The translations under genes and the position numbers were made by a program. The notes beneath the pieces are model-generated. The model did no database searches. It was not told the origin of the DNA and saw only the letters and a program-made list of their open reading frames with translations. Of a stretch of DNA of 64,000 nt, positions 15,001 through 30,000 are shown piece by piece (positions within the stretch are counted from its first letter, which is position 1; every line of letters starts with the position of its first letter). This DNA comes from Candidatus Omnitrophota bacterium (GTDB lineage: Bacteria; Omnitrophota; Gorgyraeia; JAFGHF01). Where the stretch lies: contig CP070837.1 of the NCBI GenBank assembly GCA_020341815.1, positions 1,236,575 through 1,300,574 of the forward strand, given 5' to 3'.

Positions 15001-18000
15001 CTGGATCCGGAAGATAAGAAAACGCCTTCCGATACGGAGGAAGAGAACGATACGGAAGTTGCTCATGTAGCGAAAGGGTTAATCGAAGTACTTCTGCTTG
15101 CTCAGGTAACCGGAGGTATATTCCCTTGGGGTATCAGAGGCCCAGGAGCGCATTCTTCTCCGGTGATCCAGATTGAACAGATACAAAACTGGCTTAAAGA
15201 GCGCATTAACAGCCCGCCTGACGAAGCCTTTGTGAATTTCTCCCCATCAGCCCAATCCAGCCCAATCCGCAATGAAAAATACCCCCAGACCCCCTCCCAA
15301 AAAATCAAACCCCTTAGCAGCCCAGCAATAAGTAAGAGCAGAGAAAAGATAGCGCAATTAAAGGAATTGCTTGAAGAGCCAAAAAATGCGGCCTGGCTGG
15401 CCTATCTTCCGATTAAGGGGCAGATGAAAGGCAGTAATAAAGATGAATTAATAAAGTCAGTTATGGCCTGGATTAGGAAAATAAAATCCTTTAAAGATAC
15501 TTACATGCAAGAATTGAAAGATATAGAAGATGAGATAAGCAATGTTTTTAAGCCGATTCTTATTGAGTTTAGCGATATTCTGGGCCAGGCTGCAGATATT
15601 GGGGAATATTTCGTGAAAAAATTAGAGAAGACTACTTCGAGAGACTTAAATATCTTTCTGCAACAAGGACAAGAGGTGCTTAGAGTCAGAAATTACATTG
15701 AAAAACTACTTAAAAATTTAGAAGAGGCAAGTAAAACGCGCAAGGGCACTTCCGGAGCCGAAGAATTTATGTTACTTTTCGGGTGTGAAAACTGCCTGGA
15801 AACCCTCAATAATGTTAAACAGATGAAAGGGCCGAGCCTGTTACAAGTCTTTACCGTATTGCACTTTAGCATTCAATGTTTATTGGCGGCATTAAGCTTT
15901 CTTGGCCAGGATGAGTGGTTCCTCCTTAAAGAAAGAAAACAGATATATGAGGAATCGCTAGGACGTATAAAAAAATTATTGAAGAAACTATATCAACTGC
16001 AAAATGAAGCTAAAGCTAAAGGTGTTAATAATAAGATAGTAGAAAGGCCAAAGACAGGAAAAAGGGCCCTGTATAGGTATTTTAAAACGGATATACAATA
16101 TTTGGTTGTTAAAATTGATTATTTAGATGCAAGATGGACTACATATGGGGAAGAAACAATGACAACCATAAGAGAGGAATTAGAAACGAACTGGGAAGAG
16201 AGGATTTCATGGTATGAGAAAGTATTGAAAGAATTAACATCGTCTTCGCCCCTGGAGAGCCCAATCATCCTATCTTTATCCCCGCCATCCAGTTCACCTG
16301 CCATTAAACAGACAGAAGATTCAAACGGAAAAATAAAAAATCAGTCGGCGTCTATACATATTGATTTTGACAAACTAGAAAGAGCAAAGCTGCTTTCCTG
16401 TTTAATCGAATTATCTTGCCTTGAAGGAAATAGAACCAAAGAGGAAGTCCTGAATATTATTATTTTATCTGAACAGGGATATACAGAAAAAGAAATCGCT
16501 AAAAAAATAGGAGGGTCTCAACAAAATATAAGCCAATTTTTTCAGTTTTTACGCAGGCGCCTGGAATTGCTTATAATGAATAGTCATATAATAAGATTAG
16601 GCATAGAAAAATTGCCGGAAGAAGCAGAAAATTATTCTTATCCTGTGAAAACATTAATGGTGCGGCTGTTTCTATTAAGAGAAGCAATGTTGAAACTCGC
16701 ATTGCAGGAGTGTAAAGAAGGAACAGAAGAATGCAAGAAAATAATAAAAAAATTAAAAACCCTAGACACAAAAAGTAAAAATTTAAATAGAGATATATCA
16801 ATCTTTATAGAATTCCTTATAACATTAAAAAAATCAATGCTTATTAAAAAATTTAGTATTTCTGAAGATGTAATATGGCGTGTTTTAAATAAATATGCAC
16901 CATTGCTTGAGGATATTCTTAAAAAAGATTACAAAATAAAAATAAATATAGGCAAAGACCCATCCTCAAGCTTCAGTTCACCCGCGTTTAATCGTGAGGA
17001 TAGGATGATTGAGGAGGCTTTACGGAGGACAGAAGTTATGCTGTATGGTATAGGTTATTCTCTGAGAGGTGACTTTGCTGAGATGTATAAAGATATCCTT
17101 GATAATATAGAATTTGGCGGCAGAAAGATAGATTTTATAGAAAAAACGCCGGAATGGCAAAAGGCGCATAAGATAATAGATTTTATTTCTGCTGTAAAAA
17201 GATATGGCTATTTGGATAAGAATAGCCCTATAGTGCGGTTTCTTGCTTATGACTTGTCCTGGAATCAGGAATTTCGCACTTCCTTTGAGAATTATGCAGA
17301 TCTTTTATATGCGGCGGCTTGTCAATTGATTTATATTTTATTAGATGCATTTTTATATAATAGTAATGAGAAAGATGATAAAGTTTCAGTCTTCAACAGC
17401 GCTTCAAAGCCCGTAATTGTAGTTTTTCTTGATAACAATAGAGATATGTCCGATAGACAATGTATGCTTATAGATATGGATTTTGGCATAAAAAAGGATA
17501 AAGAAAAAGACGAATTTTCATTTACATATACAAAGTTTAGGTTAGGGGACTTTTATTATCATCATTTTTTTGGTAGAAAATATCTGGTATGTCTTTTAAG
17601 GGAAATAGAAGATAATAGACAAAATAGGCCCATTAAAGATTACTTAAGCAAAGAATATGCTTATATTTATTCTGCATTACCTTTAGAGAGAAATACCGGA
17701 TTTCTAAGCCTGGTTTGCGGAAAGCGTGCACGAGCTTTGCATGATTTCCACAGTAAAACCGAAGCCGCCGTTCGAGAATGCCAAAACGTGCTTAAAATTA
17801 GACAGGGGGCTTTCGGTAATTTGATTTACGGAGAGCTATTTCATATCTGTATGCAAAATGAAGAGAATAGATATACGGCCTATAATTTGGTGGGGAATGT
17901 TTTTACTTACGCCCGTATTTTTTACGATATTTTTAAGAATAATATAGAAAAGGTTGATTTATCTATTTTGAAAGGTGCCATCAAAAACAGCGATGAGTTT

Positions 18001-21000
18001 AAAGGTATCTACAGACATTGCGTAAGATTATACTGGGATGAGTTTTGCGAGCAAATTCAGGGTAAAAATTTAGAGACTCATTTTTCAAGAATTATTAATA
18101 AAAATGATATATTTACAGAATTGAAATCCGATAATTTAGATTTATTATTCAAGAATATAATTATGTGGATTAGGCTAATGGCATATTTCGATGAGCACAT
18201 TACCCCGCAGACATTCGGCGGTAATATGCAGCAGCTTCTGAATACGATAATCCATAGGGCTTATGAATTGAATAATAAATTGTCCAGCTCTCCGACTTTC
18301 TTTGTAAAAGAACGGCCATATATGAGTGCAGAAGCGGAAGAGACGCTTAAATTTAAAGAGGAAACATTAGTAATTAAGTCTCTCACAAAAGAAGAAAGGG
18401 GCTTATTGGCTAAATATAGAGAAGAATGCAATGCCTTAAAGCAGAATCCAGTGCAGTATCTTAAGGCAGCCTTAGGGTTGATAAAGTATGAAATCTCCTT
18501 AGGGCGCATCCGTTCCGCCGCAAAGCTCCTTATGCGCGTGGAGGAAAAATTGACAGCCATTGCTGAAAAGAATACCGGGGACCTGCGGGAACTATTGGAA
18601 AGGGATAGTTGCATAGAAGATATCGCGGTTTATCCGCAGAAAAGAAAGGCACTATTGAAAACCATGAGGTTGCAGCCTTTTGCTTCTCAGGCCAAGAAAG
18701 AAATACTCGAATTGATAAAAAGGATAAAGCAACAAAGGGTAATCGTCAAGGTCGCTTTAGCACGCAGTCGATTATATATCGAGCTATCTCCTGATAAATT
18801 GGGTGTGGCCCGGGCTCATTTAACTATAGCTCGCCTCTGCGAAAATGCTCTTGAAGAAAATACAAAAGCAATATGGGCTTGCCTGTCTGCTTTGAACAAT
18901 TATAGAGTTGTCTTTCTGGAGACTCAAAATGAAGAAACGAAGGAAAGGGCTCGCCAAGACGCCAAAGTGGCGCAGATGTACTACAAGCGCCTATTGCGGA
19001 AATTCCCCAAAGCTCGCGAGGAATATCTAAGACAATTAAGTGAGTTTAGAGAAAAAAGAATATTTTTCAATAATAACAATGGAGCTTTCCGCTTCGATAT
19101 AGATACCCTATTGAATAATTTACCTCATTTACTAAGCCAAAGAGAAATCATCTATCTTTTAAATAAAAGAAAGCTTGACGAACATTTCTATAAGCGGCTC
19201 TTGAATAATAGAAACAAAGCACTTAGAAACCACAGAATACCGAATTTTAATGCAAAAATAATTAGAATTAGAAGTGGACAACGGCCAAAATTTAGCGGCT
19301 CTCGGCATAATTATTTCGATGAGATACTCTCTATTATAGCCGATACAGACGGGCAAGGAGAATTTACGGCTGACTCTATATGGATAAAGCTGAACATCGA
19401 TGTGCCGGGAGTAATAGAGCCAATATTTATTGCATTCAGAATTACAAAGATTGGTGCAAAATCAAGCGAAAGAGCTCTTACTAGCAGAGAGTTATGGCCG
19501 AATTACCGCATAGAAATTTATTGCGGAGCGGAGAATTATAACAAGGTGAGAGAAACTATTTCCTCGCCCATCGGGAAAAAGGCAGTTAAGCCGATTACGA
19601 ATCTTAATTTTAGCAGAATAAACACGCTAAAGATACTTTCCTGGATAATGAGATTATCTTCATCCAGCTCGCCGGTTATTATAAAAATTACTCTCCATGC
19701 GTTAAACGAGAAATCGAGTTCTTTGCTAAAGAATAAAAAGATCTTAAGAGGAAATCTCCTTAAATCCATATCCATAGAAGGAAGTTTCGATGAGATTGAA
19801 AGGCGGGCCGAGGAGCGCATTCCCGATGAGATTAACAGGAGAATATTTATTCTAAAAGTTTTGGGATTTAAAGGTCCAGAGATTGCCAAGATTCTTTATG
19901 AGGAATATTTGACAGAAAAAATTTTGCATAGGGCAAGTATAAGCCTTAGATATTTAGAGGCAAAAATGCAGTTTCTCGGAATTGCAGAAGAAAAGAAACC
20001 CAGAAAGATTAAAGAGAGAAAATGGACCTGGGACTTGCTTGTTGACCAGTGGTGCAACAAAGAGCTTGTGTTTCTTGCAAAAGTCAGTGCTAACGGCATC
20101 TGGATTGGCAACAGCCCGGATGGCAAGCAACTTGTGCTTAATAAAAGCCGCAAGAAGATATATCGGCAGATAGAACAAGTAGTCGTAAGAATATTAGCCA
20201 GAAATGGTTTTAAAATTGCCTATGTTTATTCATTAAACGGAGAAGAAATAGACGCAAAGCGTCTTTGGCTTAAAGAGAATAAGCTTTGCCAGGAGAGTTT
20301 TGCTGTTAATGTTCTTTCAGATGATTTCGAAATAGAAATGCTAAACGAAAATGGCCTAAATTGTTTTGCCCGGAAAATAGCCAGAGAGATGGGCAGGGCA
20401 TTGGAAATTATTGAAGAAGCCACGAAGAAAAGAGATTACAGAAAGGCTATGCAAGGCATCAAATCGCTTATCGAAAAGATATCTGAAGAGAAAAATAACT
20501 TATTGAAAAGTAAACAGGGGAAATCTCTTGAGCTATTGAGAAAATGGAAAGCTGTAATTTATGGAGTATTCTATATCTATGATGAAGAAATGAGTTTGAC
20601 TGATTGCCTGATAGGCCTAATGCGTAATTTCAGATTTTTAGATGAGGGAATATATCCAGCAGAAGCAAAAGAAAGTAACCGGAAAATAATATGCATCTTA
20701 AAAAAGATTAAAGGAAAATTACAATCAAAGTTTTTCAATGAGCTTGTTTTCAAAGATACCACTATAACTACAAAGCTTATTTTGGATAAGGTTGCTAAAG
20801 TTGAGTCTGTTGCCGATTTGGCCAATAATTTAGTCCTGGAGTTAAAGGGCTTAATAGATGATTTGCAAATAGAATTAAAACCAGGAGAGGATTATTCAAA
20901 TCTAAAGAAAAAAATAGATACATTTATTAATGATAATATTCCCCCTTCTGTTCAGTCCCTGGAAGCGCCTTCTCTTAAACGGTTTTTGGAAAATAAGAGC

Positions 21001-24000
21001 AAGAAGACCTCTCCCGATTTAAGTGAGGAAGGAATTGAATTAGAGAAGCAGATGGCTCTGCTTCAGTCATTTAGAGATAACGCAATCAATCCTTTATCAG
21101 GAATTCTATTAAATTTCCAGCTTATAAATCAAGAAGATTTCTTGGATAAGGTTTCTGAAATAAATAGGATGCGAATGGAGGCTTTAGTTAAATTAAGGAA
21201 TATTGTAATTCTTTTAGAGGAGCTAACTTATCCGCTGAGGCATTATTCAGGCAGGAACTTATATCCGATAATAGTTAAATATAAAGAAGATACTCTATTG
21301 CCATATATAGGCTTGCCTGAACATAACATGGGAGATGTTCAGAGGTACTCAAGCCCGGTAGTGTATTTCTTGGATGAGATAGACGTTTCTAAAGAGGTAT
21401 TGGAAGAAGAAATTGATACATGGAATCCTCTTGAGGATAATCCACGTGAAAAAGAAGAATATATTAACTGGAAATGTGGATGGGGATGGGCCTGGACCAA
21501 GGATCCCCTGGAGCGTTACATTGTTTTAGAACTGATACTTATGCGATGCCGCAAGGATAATATCATAGATGTAACTTCAGATGAGAAGGGCAGGACTAAG
21601 CTCATTTTCACTCTGCCGCCACCCAATAGGATAAAAGAAGCCGTTGTAGAAAGCCGTCTTATCCGGCCGGAACTTATTGCTTATGATGAAGCTTTTGCAT
21701 CTATAGTCAATCCCGAGTTTCAGCCATTAAAGGTTGTTGCCTATCTGGCAGCGGGAGCGAATATTTCCCATCTTTACTTTTTAACCCATTTTGCAGGGGA
21801 AGATACAGAAAGAGTCGAAATTGTCTTTGTTAAGACAAAATTACCAGAGATAGATACAGAGCTTCAAGAAGAACTTGAAGGAAAAGTCCAAATCTGCTGC
21901 CAGAGAGCAGCCTCTGTTCTTCCCAGTGATTATGGAAAGTTCTTGCCTGGCGTCTCTAAATGGCTGGGGCCGCAAGGATATCTGCTGTTGAATCCTTATA
22001 TTGAATCCAGGAAGCTCTTCAATCCTATGGATTCTTTGCAGAATAAGAATTTTACCCTTATATCTGAAAACGAGCAAATAGAAAGATATTTACAAGAAGT
22101 AAGGCGTGTCTCTATTGAGATGAAAGTTCAGCCTTACGGCTGGTATATGAATTTGCTCCAGAAAAGCAGCTCACCAGTAAATATAGAAATCTCTAATTAT
22201 GAGATAGGTTCGGAATTGCTTATTAATCCTTATGGCGAAGGCCTAATGCCGTTGCATAACTTAGCTTCTGGGCTGGGGCCTCTTGACTGCGCAAAAGAAG
22301 GGAATCATGATATTGCGCTCTCAAATGGAATTGCTGCATTGGCAAAAGTTATAGCAGCTAAAGTGAGCCAGAGGCCGCAGCAGCATATGATTATAGTGCT
22401 CTTTGGAGGAGTTGCGCAGGCTGGGGGAGATGCCTATCGGAGAGAATTGGAGCTATCAATTAACGAATGCTTGAAAAAATTCAAGGTCAACAAGGAAGTA
22501 ACAGTTAAGCTTTCTTCTATGGGTAATGAGAATGTTATCATTGGCGCGATAGATTATGCCATATCAAAAATGTCTGCTTCTAAATACGATAAATATGAAT
22601 GGTTCTGCGGTGTGGATTTGGGAGGTAGTGGAGTGCGGCTAGTTTTGGTAAATCCGAAAACGGGAGAGAAGAAAACTATACACCAGTTCGATTTCTCTAA
22701 GCTGGAAGAGACTATTGAGGGAAAGCCTATACTAGCGTATTGGGGAGATTTAAGAAAGGAGTTTCGCAAGGGAGCTCAAAAATTAAATATAGACTTAAAT
22801 AATAGTGTGCCCGATAATCTGACAGGCAGAATTTTTAATAAAAAACAAAAGGGTATTCACAACAAGATTTCCGATATTTTCTTGAAGCATATAACGGCAT
22901 TAATAAGAGAAGTAGTGGGGGATAAAAAGTGCCCTGTATGTATTGGCGCGCCGGGAATATTTGGTGACGAAGGCCGGGTGAGGCTTATGTATAATTTACC
23001 TTTTACGGGCATTAATGTAAAAGAGGCCTTAGAAGAAGCGCTGGGTTTACCGGTATATATGGGTAACGATATGTACTGTGCGGGAAGAGGGGAGGCATTA
23101 GAAGGCTGGGGTAAGAACAGGTCCTGGAGAGAATTTCTTATCGTGGGAATAGGAAGCGGGATTAATATGTGTTTGGTAAAGAGGCGATATCGGGTTTTAA
23201 CCGATGTTCGGCTAAGGGCCTATTTATTTGCTTCGGCATGGAATATTGCAAATGAGGCCGTTAATAGAGGAATAAAGATAGTATTTATCAATGGTAAAAG
23301 CGCAGTACAGACAATGCTGTTATTTGAAGAATGCCGAAAAAGACTATATCCGGAAAGCGATAGGCCGATATATATATGGTTACAAGGCGCTAATAGAGCA
23401 GGCACAGGCGGGTATTATGCAGAAAGGGTTATTAATATAATTAGATACATTGAAGAGTGCCTTAATGAGCCTGTTCTTATTATTGATGACTCTGTAAGCG
23501 GTACTTTAGCGAAGACAAAAGAAATATTAAAAAATGAGTTCGGCAAGAAAGATGAGGTGTATACCGCAGCTTTAATATTGCAGCCTTGTTGCCGGAGCTT
23601 AGATATTGAGCTGACAATTATGCCAAAAGAAATAATGCTTGAGGAGTTATGGTATAGAACCTGGAATTGGTATTTGGCAAGAATTAACAATAACTCTGCC
23701 CCGGATAAATTATTAGGCCTTCTTAACCAAGACTTGCCCTGTGATTTTGAGCTTTTGGTTGAGGAGGGGGCAAAGTCAGATGCCTGGGAGAAAATTAGAT
23801 TTAGAAATCAGGTCGATTCATTGCTACAAGAATATCCTTATCTAAAATTATCATATAGTTTTCTTAGAGAAAACCCGGAGGTTTGCAGGAATTTAGGTAT
23901 AGATTTGCAAATTCCCTTCGCAACAGTAAATATGCAATTTAGCCGCATGGTGCAAGAGGTCTTTGGTATGAAGTGGAAAGAATTAAAAAGAAAATATCAG

Positions 24001-27000
24001 GCCACGGATGGGCCATTTTTCACGGCATTGAGAAAACAGATAAAGCCGATATTAAAAGAATATCCTCGCATTCCCGAGAAAAGATTGTATTACATCATCA
24101 AAAATGATAAGCCGGCCTCAAGAATGCATAGCTTGGAAATTTTTTATCTCAGGCTAAAACAGATGGGCGGATTAAAAGGATTGCGTCGAGAGGTAACTGG
24201 GAAACAGGGTGCAAAGATACTTTCCTCGCCTGCTACACAGGAAAGTTCCATAGAGAAGAAATACGATTTGACTTGTCTAGGTTTGCTTAAATTTGCAACG
24301 GAGGTAAAAGGAAATCACGAATTTACCAAATTACTTGTAACTTTGATACAGGAAATAAGAAGGATCTTGTTGTACTATTCTGATAAAACGCCATTGACTC
24401 TTTCCAAAAAGGAAATTTTTGAAATTATTCAAAATAAAAAGGACGCAAAAGAGCTTTATGGATTCCTCCGGGAAGATCAAAAGTTACACGAAAAACATCC
24501 CTCCTATCCTCCCAAATATAATCTGGTAATTCAATTGATGGAGAGATTTCTATCCCAAATCAAAAAGAATCCTTATATAAAATGCTGTAAACGAAAATAT
24601 TTTGATAGTTGTATTCATTGCTTACTTGCTTTTGATAATGAAGAAGTAATAAAAGCGATTCTTGATGTTTTATCTCATTCAGAAGAAGAAATCAAACAGT
24701 TCGCAAATAAGCTGATTAAGGAATATTTACAGAATGATAATATCCTTTCAATAAGAGAATTGATGGATGCATCTTTAGCGAAAAAAAATAATCTTTGTCA
24801 TTTCTTGGATAGCCTCTCCGTTAATAACAGCACTGTCAAAAATATTTTAATTGTCTTGCTGGGCATTCTATTTGCCTCTTCTGAAGATGAAAGATTTGAA
24901 TTGGCTAAGAAAGAAAGAAGGGATATTGTTCTCAATGCATTTGAGAATAAGGCCTTAAATAAACTTATTGAGTTTTTGAAGAAAAAGGAAAGTTCTATAT
25001 TAAGGGCCTTAAAGAAGAAGCGTTGGAAGAAGTTAGAAGCGGAGAAGAAATCATTAGATGAGCGCCTGAAGACATTACGTTCTGATTATGGAAATAATGC
25101 TATTGGCATTATTTCGCATACGATTAGCGATGGGGCCGTTATAATTCCTTCCGAAACTTCAGAAGTTAAAGGTTGCAATCTGGCTGAGTTTGATTTGGAA
25201 GATGGTGTTCTTTGTAGAATAACTTTCCTGCTAGATAGCGAAAGAGATTCTTCGGAGAAAATCCATGGGAATGAAGCGCAACAGATAAAAAAGAGATTTG
25301 ACAGGACATTAGGGTTACTTGAGTATATTTTCAATATGGTCAGGGAACAAAGACCTGTGCCGTTTGCCAGCGTAAAGATTAGAGATAATGATTACAAGAT
25401 TTTTGTGGATGCGGGAAAGATCTATCCAGAACTCATCAAGGTTTATCAAGTTTCCAGCTCGCCTATTAAGATATCTGAACATAATATAGAAGCCATAAAG
25501 CAAGTCGGTGAGCTTATTAAAAAAGATTTCTATATTCATGTAAGTACAGCAATGGAGAAATCAGAATATACAGACACCAGGGAACATTTTTCAAGAGATA
25601 TCAAGACTATTTTAAGGAAGAAATGGCATGTCTTAAGGGCTGAATCCAAGAAGAAAAATAAAGAAAAGTTTAAAAAAGAAATAGATGCGTTGTTTAGCAA
25701 TGATCCATGGATGGAGGTGGATGAGATATCGAAAAGCCTTGAGTATGATTTCAGGTCCAGAACAGAGTTAAGGGAAGCAGTAAAATATGCTTTTGGGAAA
25801 AATTTAGGACCATTGAGAAAAGAATATCAAGAAAAATATTTGGCGCAGGTTGAAATGCTGGCGCAGTTATTATTAGATAAAGACATTTTTATAAACTTTA
25901 AAAAAGCAAAAGATGAAATAGCCAAAATGATTCCCAGTATAGCTGACATATCCAATGCTACATTTCACAGAAGGCTTCCCTCCGGGGGATGGTATATGAT
26001 GCAGGTCCGCAAAACAGACAGACTTCTAAGGGCATATTATAGAAGATTCTTTAAAGAGGAAAAGAAAGAATTTAACTTGGCTAATCTTTATCCAGTCTTT
26101 AAGAATGAAGGATATTCTATATCATTATCAGAATTCCGCAAAAAGATGCGTTTTGTTTTAGTGCAGCTTGCTTTAGAGAAATTAGAGAAAGACAAATCTA
26201 TTTTAAAGAGCATTTTAGCCTTTAAAAAGAAAGGATATCCTATATTAGTGCTGTCATTTCACAAAAAGATGTATTCTAATTTAGTGGAATCTGCTTTAAA
26301 GGCAATAAAAGAAGATGAAGAAAAGAACACGGCTCAGAGCTCGCCTGTAGTGTCATCTGTGGAAGACAGGATAAAAAGGGTTTGCGAAAGAGCAGCTGTG
26401 CTTTTTAAATCAAGGTTGCCTAGTAAGGCCATAGAGACATATGAGCAGGCTATTGAATTAGCCCTTAAGCATAATTATGGCACTATCGGGCAACTTTATC
26501 TTACTGTAGCCAGGACTTGTTATTATTCCCAGCAGTATAAAAAAGCCATTAGATATTATGAATTAGCCCTTAAGCACGGTATGAATAACAGGTCTCTGTA
26601 TTATTATATAGCAGTTTCATGTTATAAATCTAAAAGGTATAATCGGACAATAAAAAATTGCAGAAAAACAATTAAACAATGCTATAGACAAAAGGATTCA
26701 TATCATTATTTAGCCATGTCATATATGATATTAGCAAAAAAAATAATGGGCCGATATATAAGAAAAGATACAGGCAGGAAAAGCAATAAAATTATCAGGG
26801 CAGCAAAATCAAATAACATATGGGTAACTCTTTTTAAGAAAGCTGTTGCTTATTTTGAAAAAGCTGATCCTAGGCATGAACATTTACAGATTGCGGCAAA
26901 ATGCTGCTATTTTTTAGGATTTATTGATCAGGATTTCTTTATTCGGGCAGTTGAAAAATTAGAAAAAGATATCAATGATTATGGAGATGATCCCTGGTCA

Positions 27001-30000
27001 TATTTATTTTTGGCGAATACCTTGAACCAGTTAGAAAGATACGAGGAAGCTATTTATAATTATTTGCAGGCGTTTAAATGCGGCCATGACGAAATAAAGG
27101 TGTATTTTAATTTGGCAGAGGCCTATATACGTAACGGGGAATGTCCCAAGGCTGTGGAGATACTTGAGCCGTTCTTGAAGTCGTACAGTAAGAATTTCCG
27201 CTTGCAGCTTACTCTGGCAAAAGCATATTTCATAAACCAGGAATATTACAAGGCCCAGCAATGCTACAACGAAGCTGGTACATTAAAACCTGAAAATACA
27301 TCCGTGCTTTTGGGATTGGCTGGGGTTTGGAGGATAAAAGAGAATTATGATATGGCTGAAAGATATCTCACAAAAGCTATAAAATACGATCCCGAGGATT
27401 GGCTTTTGTATAAGGAGCGGGGATATGTTTATTTATTAAAAGGTGATTTTAATAAGGCTATTGAAGATTATAAGAAGGCGATATCCCTTAATCCCGGCAA
27501 CGAAAGATTATATATATTCTTAGCAGAAGTATATAGTGCAATGAGTGACCTCTCTTCCGCCAGAGAAATGGTTAACAAGGCAAAACAAATTGACCCTAAC
27601 ACGCATATTCCTAATAAGTTAGGCATAAGCTCACCTGTAGAAGAAAAGGGAATGCTGAAAAGTCTTGATATGGAAGATTATGTTTCAATAGGATTTAAGC
27701 TTCCAACAGGGGACAATATTATCCAAATTCACAAAGAATTATTTAATGTTATTATTCTTGAATGGTCTAAGCAGAAGGGTTTGGATGTTTCTCCTGAGGC
27801 GATTCTTTATGTACTTTCAGGATTTTTGGAAAAAGAATATGCTTTTTTAAAGGAAAAAATTAAGGATGAGGATATATTTAATTTTTATATAAGTAAAAAG
27901 GTAATACCTGACTTGTTAGATATAGCAAGAGAAATGCCTCCCGATAAAATTCCCGATAAAGATATATGCTGGACGAAAAAAGAAGAAGTATCTAATATTG
28001 AGGATATTTTCCCGAATATAGCAATCTATCTTTTTAGGCTTTGGAGGCTTATCCAATGTAAACAAAAAGAATCATGGAATGATTTTTTTAAGCGTCATCC
28101 CGTGCCGGTTGTAAATTATGGCAATAAGAAGCATTTAATCTTTGGATATGGAAGTCATCGTTTTCTTCTAAGTTGCCTGTTGGGACATACAAAAATTCCC
28201 GTAGTGGTTTACAGAGCCAAAGATAATAATGACTCAAAACATATATCTTTACCGATAGCTACGGGATATCTTTATAGAAAATATATGTGCGGACACAGGT
28301 ATCTTCAGGATACCGAACAGACTATCGTAGGAACTATATTTGCCCGCTTGGGAGAAATTGCCGATAATTTTGGAGCATTTTCAAAAATAAATCGCGATAA
28401 GGATGGAAACACAGTAATCCGGTTCGATGTGCCTTCCTTTCCCGACAATTTTTCAGAGAGAGAAAAAAATAAAATAACAGCCGAATATGAGGGAGCATTA
28501 TTTGAAGTAAGTTCGGGCTTTCGCTCTTCGCCTATAAATAGCTCTGTTAAGGATATGGAGATTTTGGTAGTTACTTCCAGTTCACCTGTAAAAATTGGGT
28601 TTGAGCCGCCTGAGGCTAAAATGTATGAAGAATATAAAAAATTAGGGATAGAAGTGCCGCAGAAGGTCTCTCCTGAATCAATAGAAAAAGTCCATTTAAT
28701 AAACAAGCGGAAGGCACCTATCCAAGAGGAGATTATTAAATGGTTGAATAAGAATAACGCAAACTTCAATGACTCAGGATTGAGCGATGAGCAGCGGGCT
28801 GATGCGTTGTTATCAGCGCAGAAGAATCCGGAAATATACGACTTAACCACTACTTGGTGCCGGAAAAAGGTAAAGGAACTTAATAAGCTTAAAGGCTCGG
28901 CCGATGAAATTTTAATTGAGACGCTTGCTTTTATTCGCGAAGTATGCTGGTTGACTATCGGAAAGTGGCCTCGGGATGTGCAGGTATTGGGCGGTGTAGT
29001 CCTGCATGAAGGCGGCTGGGCAATCGAGATGGGTTCCGGAGAAGGCAAGACCCTGACTGGTCTTTTTCCCGTAGCCTATAATGCCATTCGCGGAAAACGG
29101 GTTTGGGCTGTAACGATTAATGATTATCTTGCCTGCAGGGATCTCCAGTTTTTGGGTCCAGTGTATGAACGCATGGATTTTCCTGCGGGAGTGACGGCAT
29201 GGGAAGGTAAAAGCTTTAAGTATACTCCCGATGCTGAACCCAGTCGTCGCATATGGCCTAACCTCCAAGCTCTTCATTATATGTATGGCTCTCCTGAGGC
29301 ACGAAAAAAAATTCATGAAATGCCTATTGTTTATGGTTCAGAACATGCATTTGTCGGAGATTATTTACATGACGGCATGATCTACACTTTAAAAGACCAG
29401 ATGTTCGGTAGATTGCCGGATTTTGTTCTTTTTGATGAAGTTGACTTTGTACTTATCAGTAAGGCGGATGATCCGCTAGTTATTAGTATGCCAAGAAGGG
29501 GTAGCAGAAGTAATATTATACACTATCCCTGGCTTTGTCGCCTTGCCTTAAAACATTTAAATGAAGGGGATGATTATGTCGTCAATAGAAGATCTAAAAA
29601 GGCTTTTCTTACCGATCGAGGAAAAGAAAAAATAATAGAAATTTCAGAGGAATATGATGAATTGAAAAGGTTAAAAGATAAGAAGCCTATAACATTAATT
29701 TTGCTTTTTGAGGCGGCTTTGACTGCAGCTCATCCTGAGCTTTATCGCAAGGATAAAGAGTATGTTATTAGAGGAGACAAGGGAATAATTCTCATTGACC
29801 CAGAGACCGGTGCCAGGAGGCCAGGGGAAGCCTTAGGCAACTATTTGCATGGGCCTGTGGAACATTTCGCAAAAATTCCTATTAGTATGGATTTCAATCC
29901 GCAGGCAAGAATGACTCGATGTGATTTTGCAAAGACATTGTCCGATGCAGGAGTAGAAGTAGCCGCTATGAGCGCTACTATAGGTCCAGATGCAGAGCTT

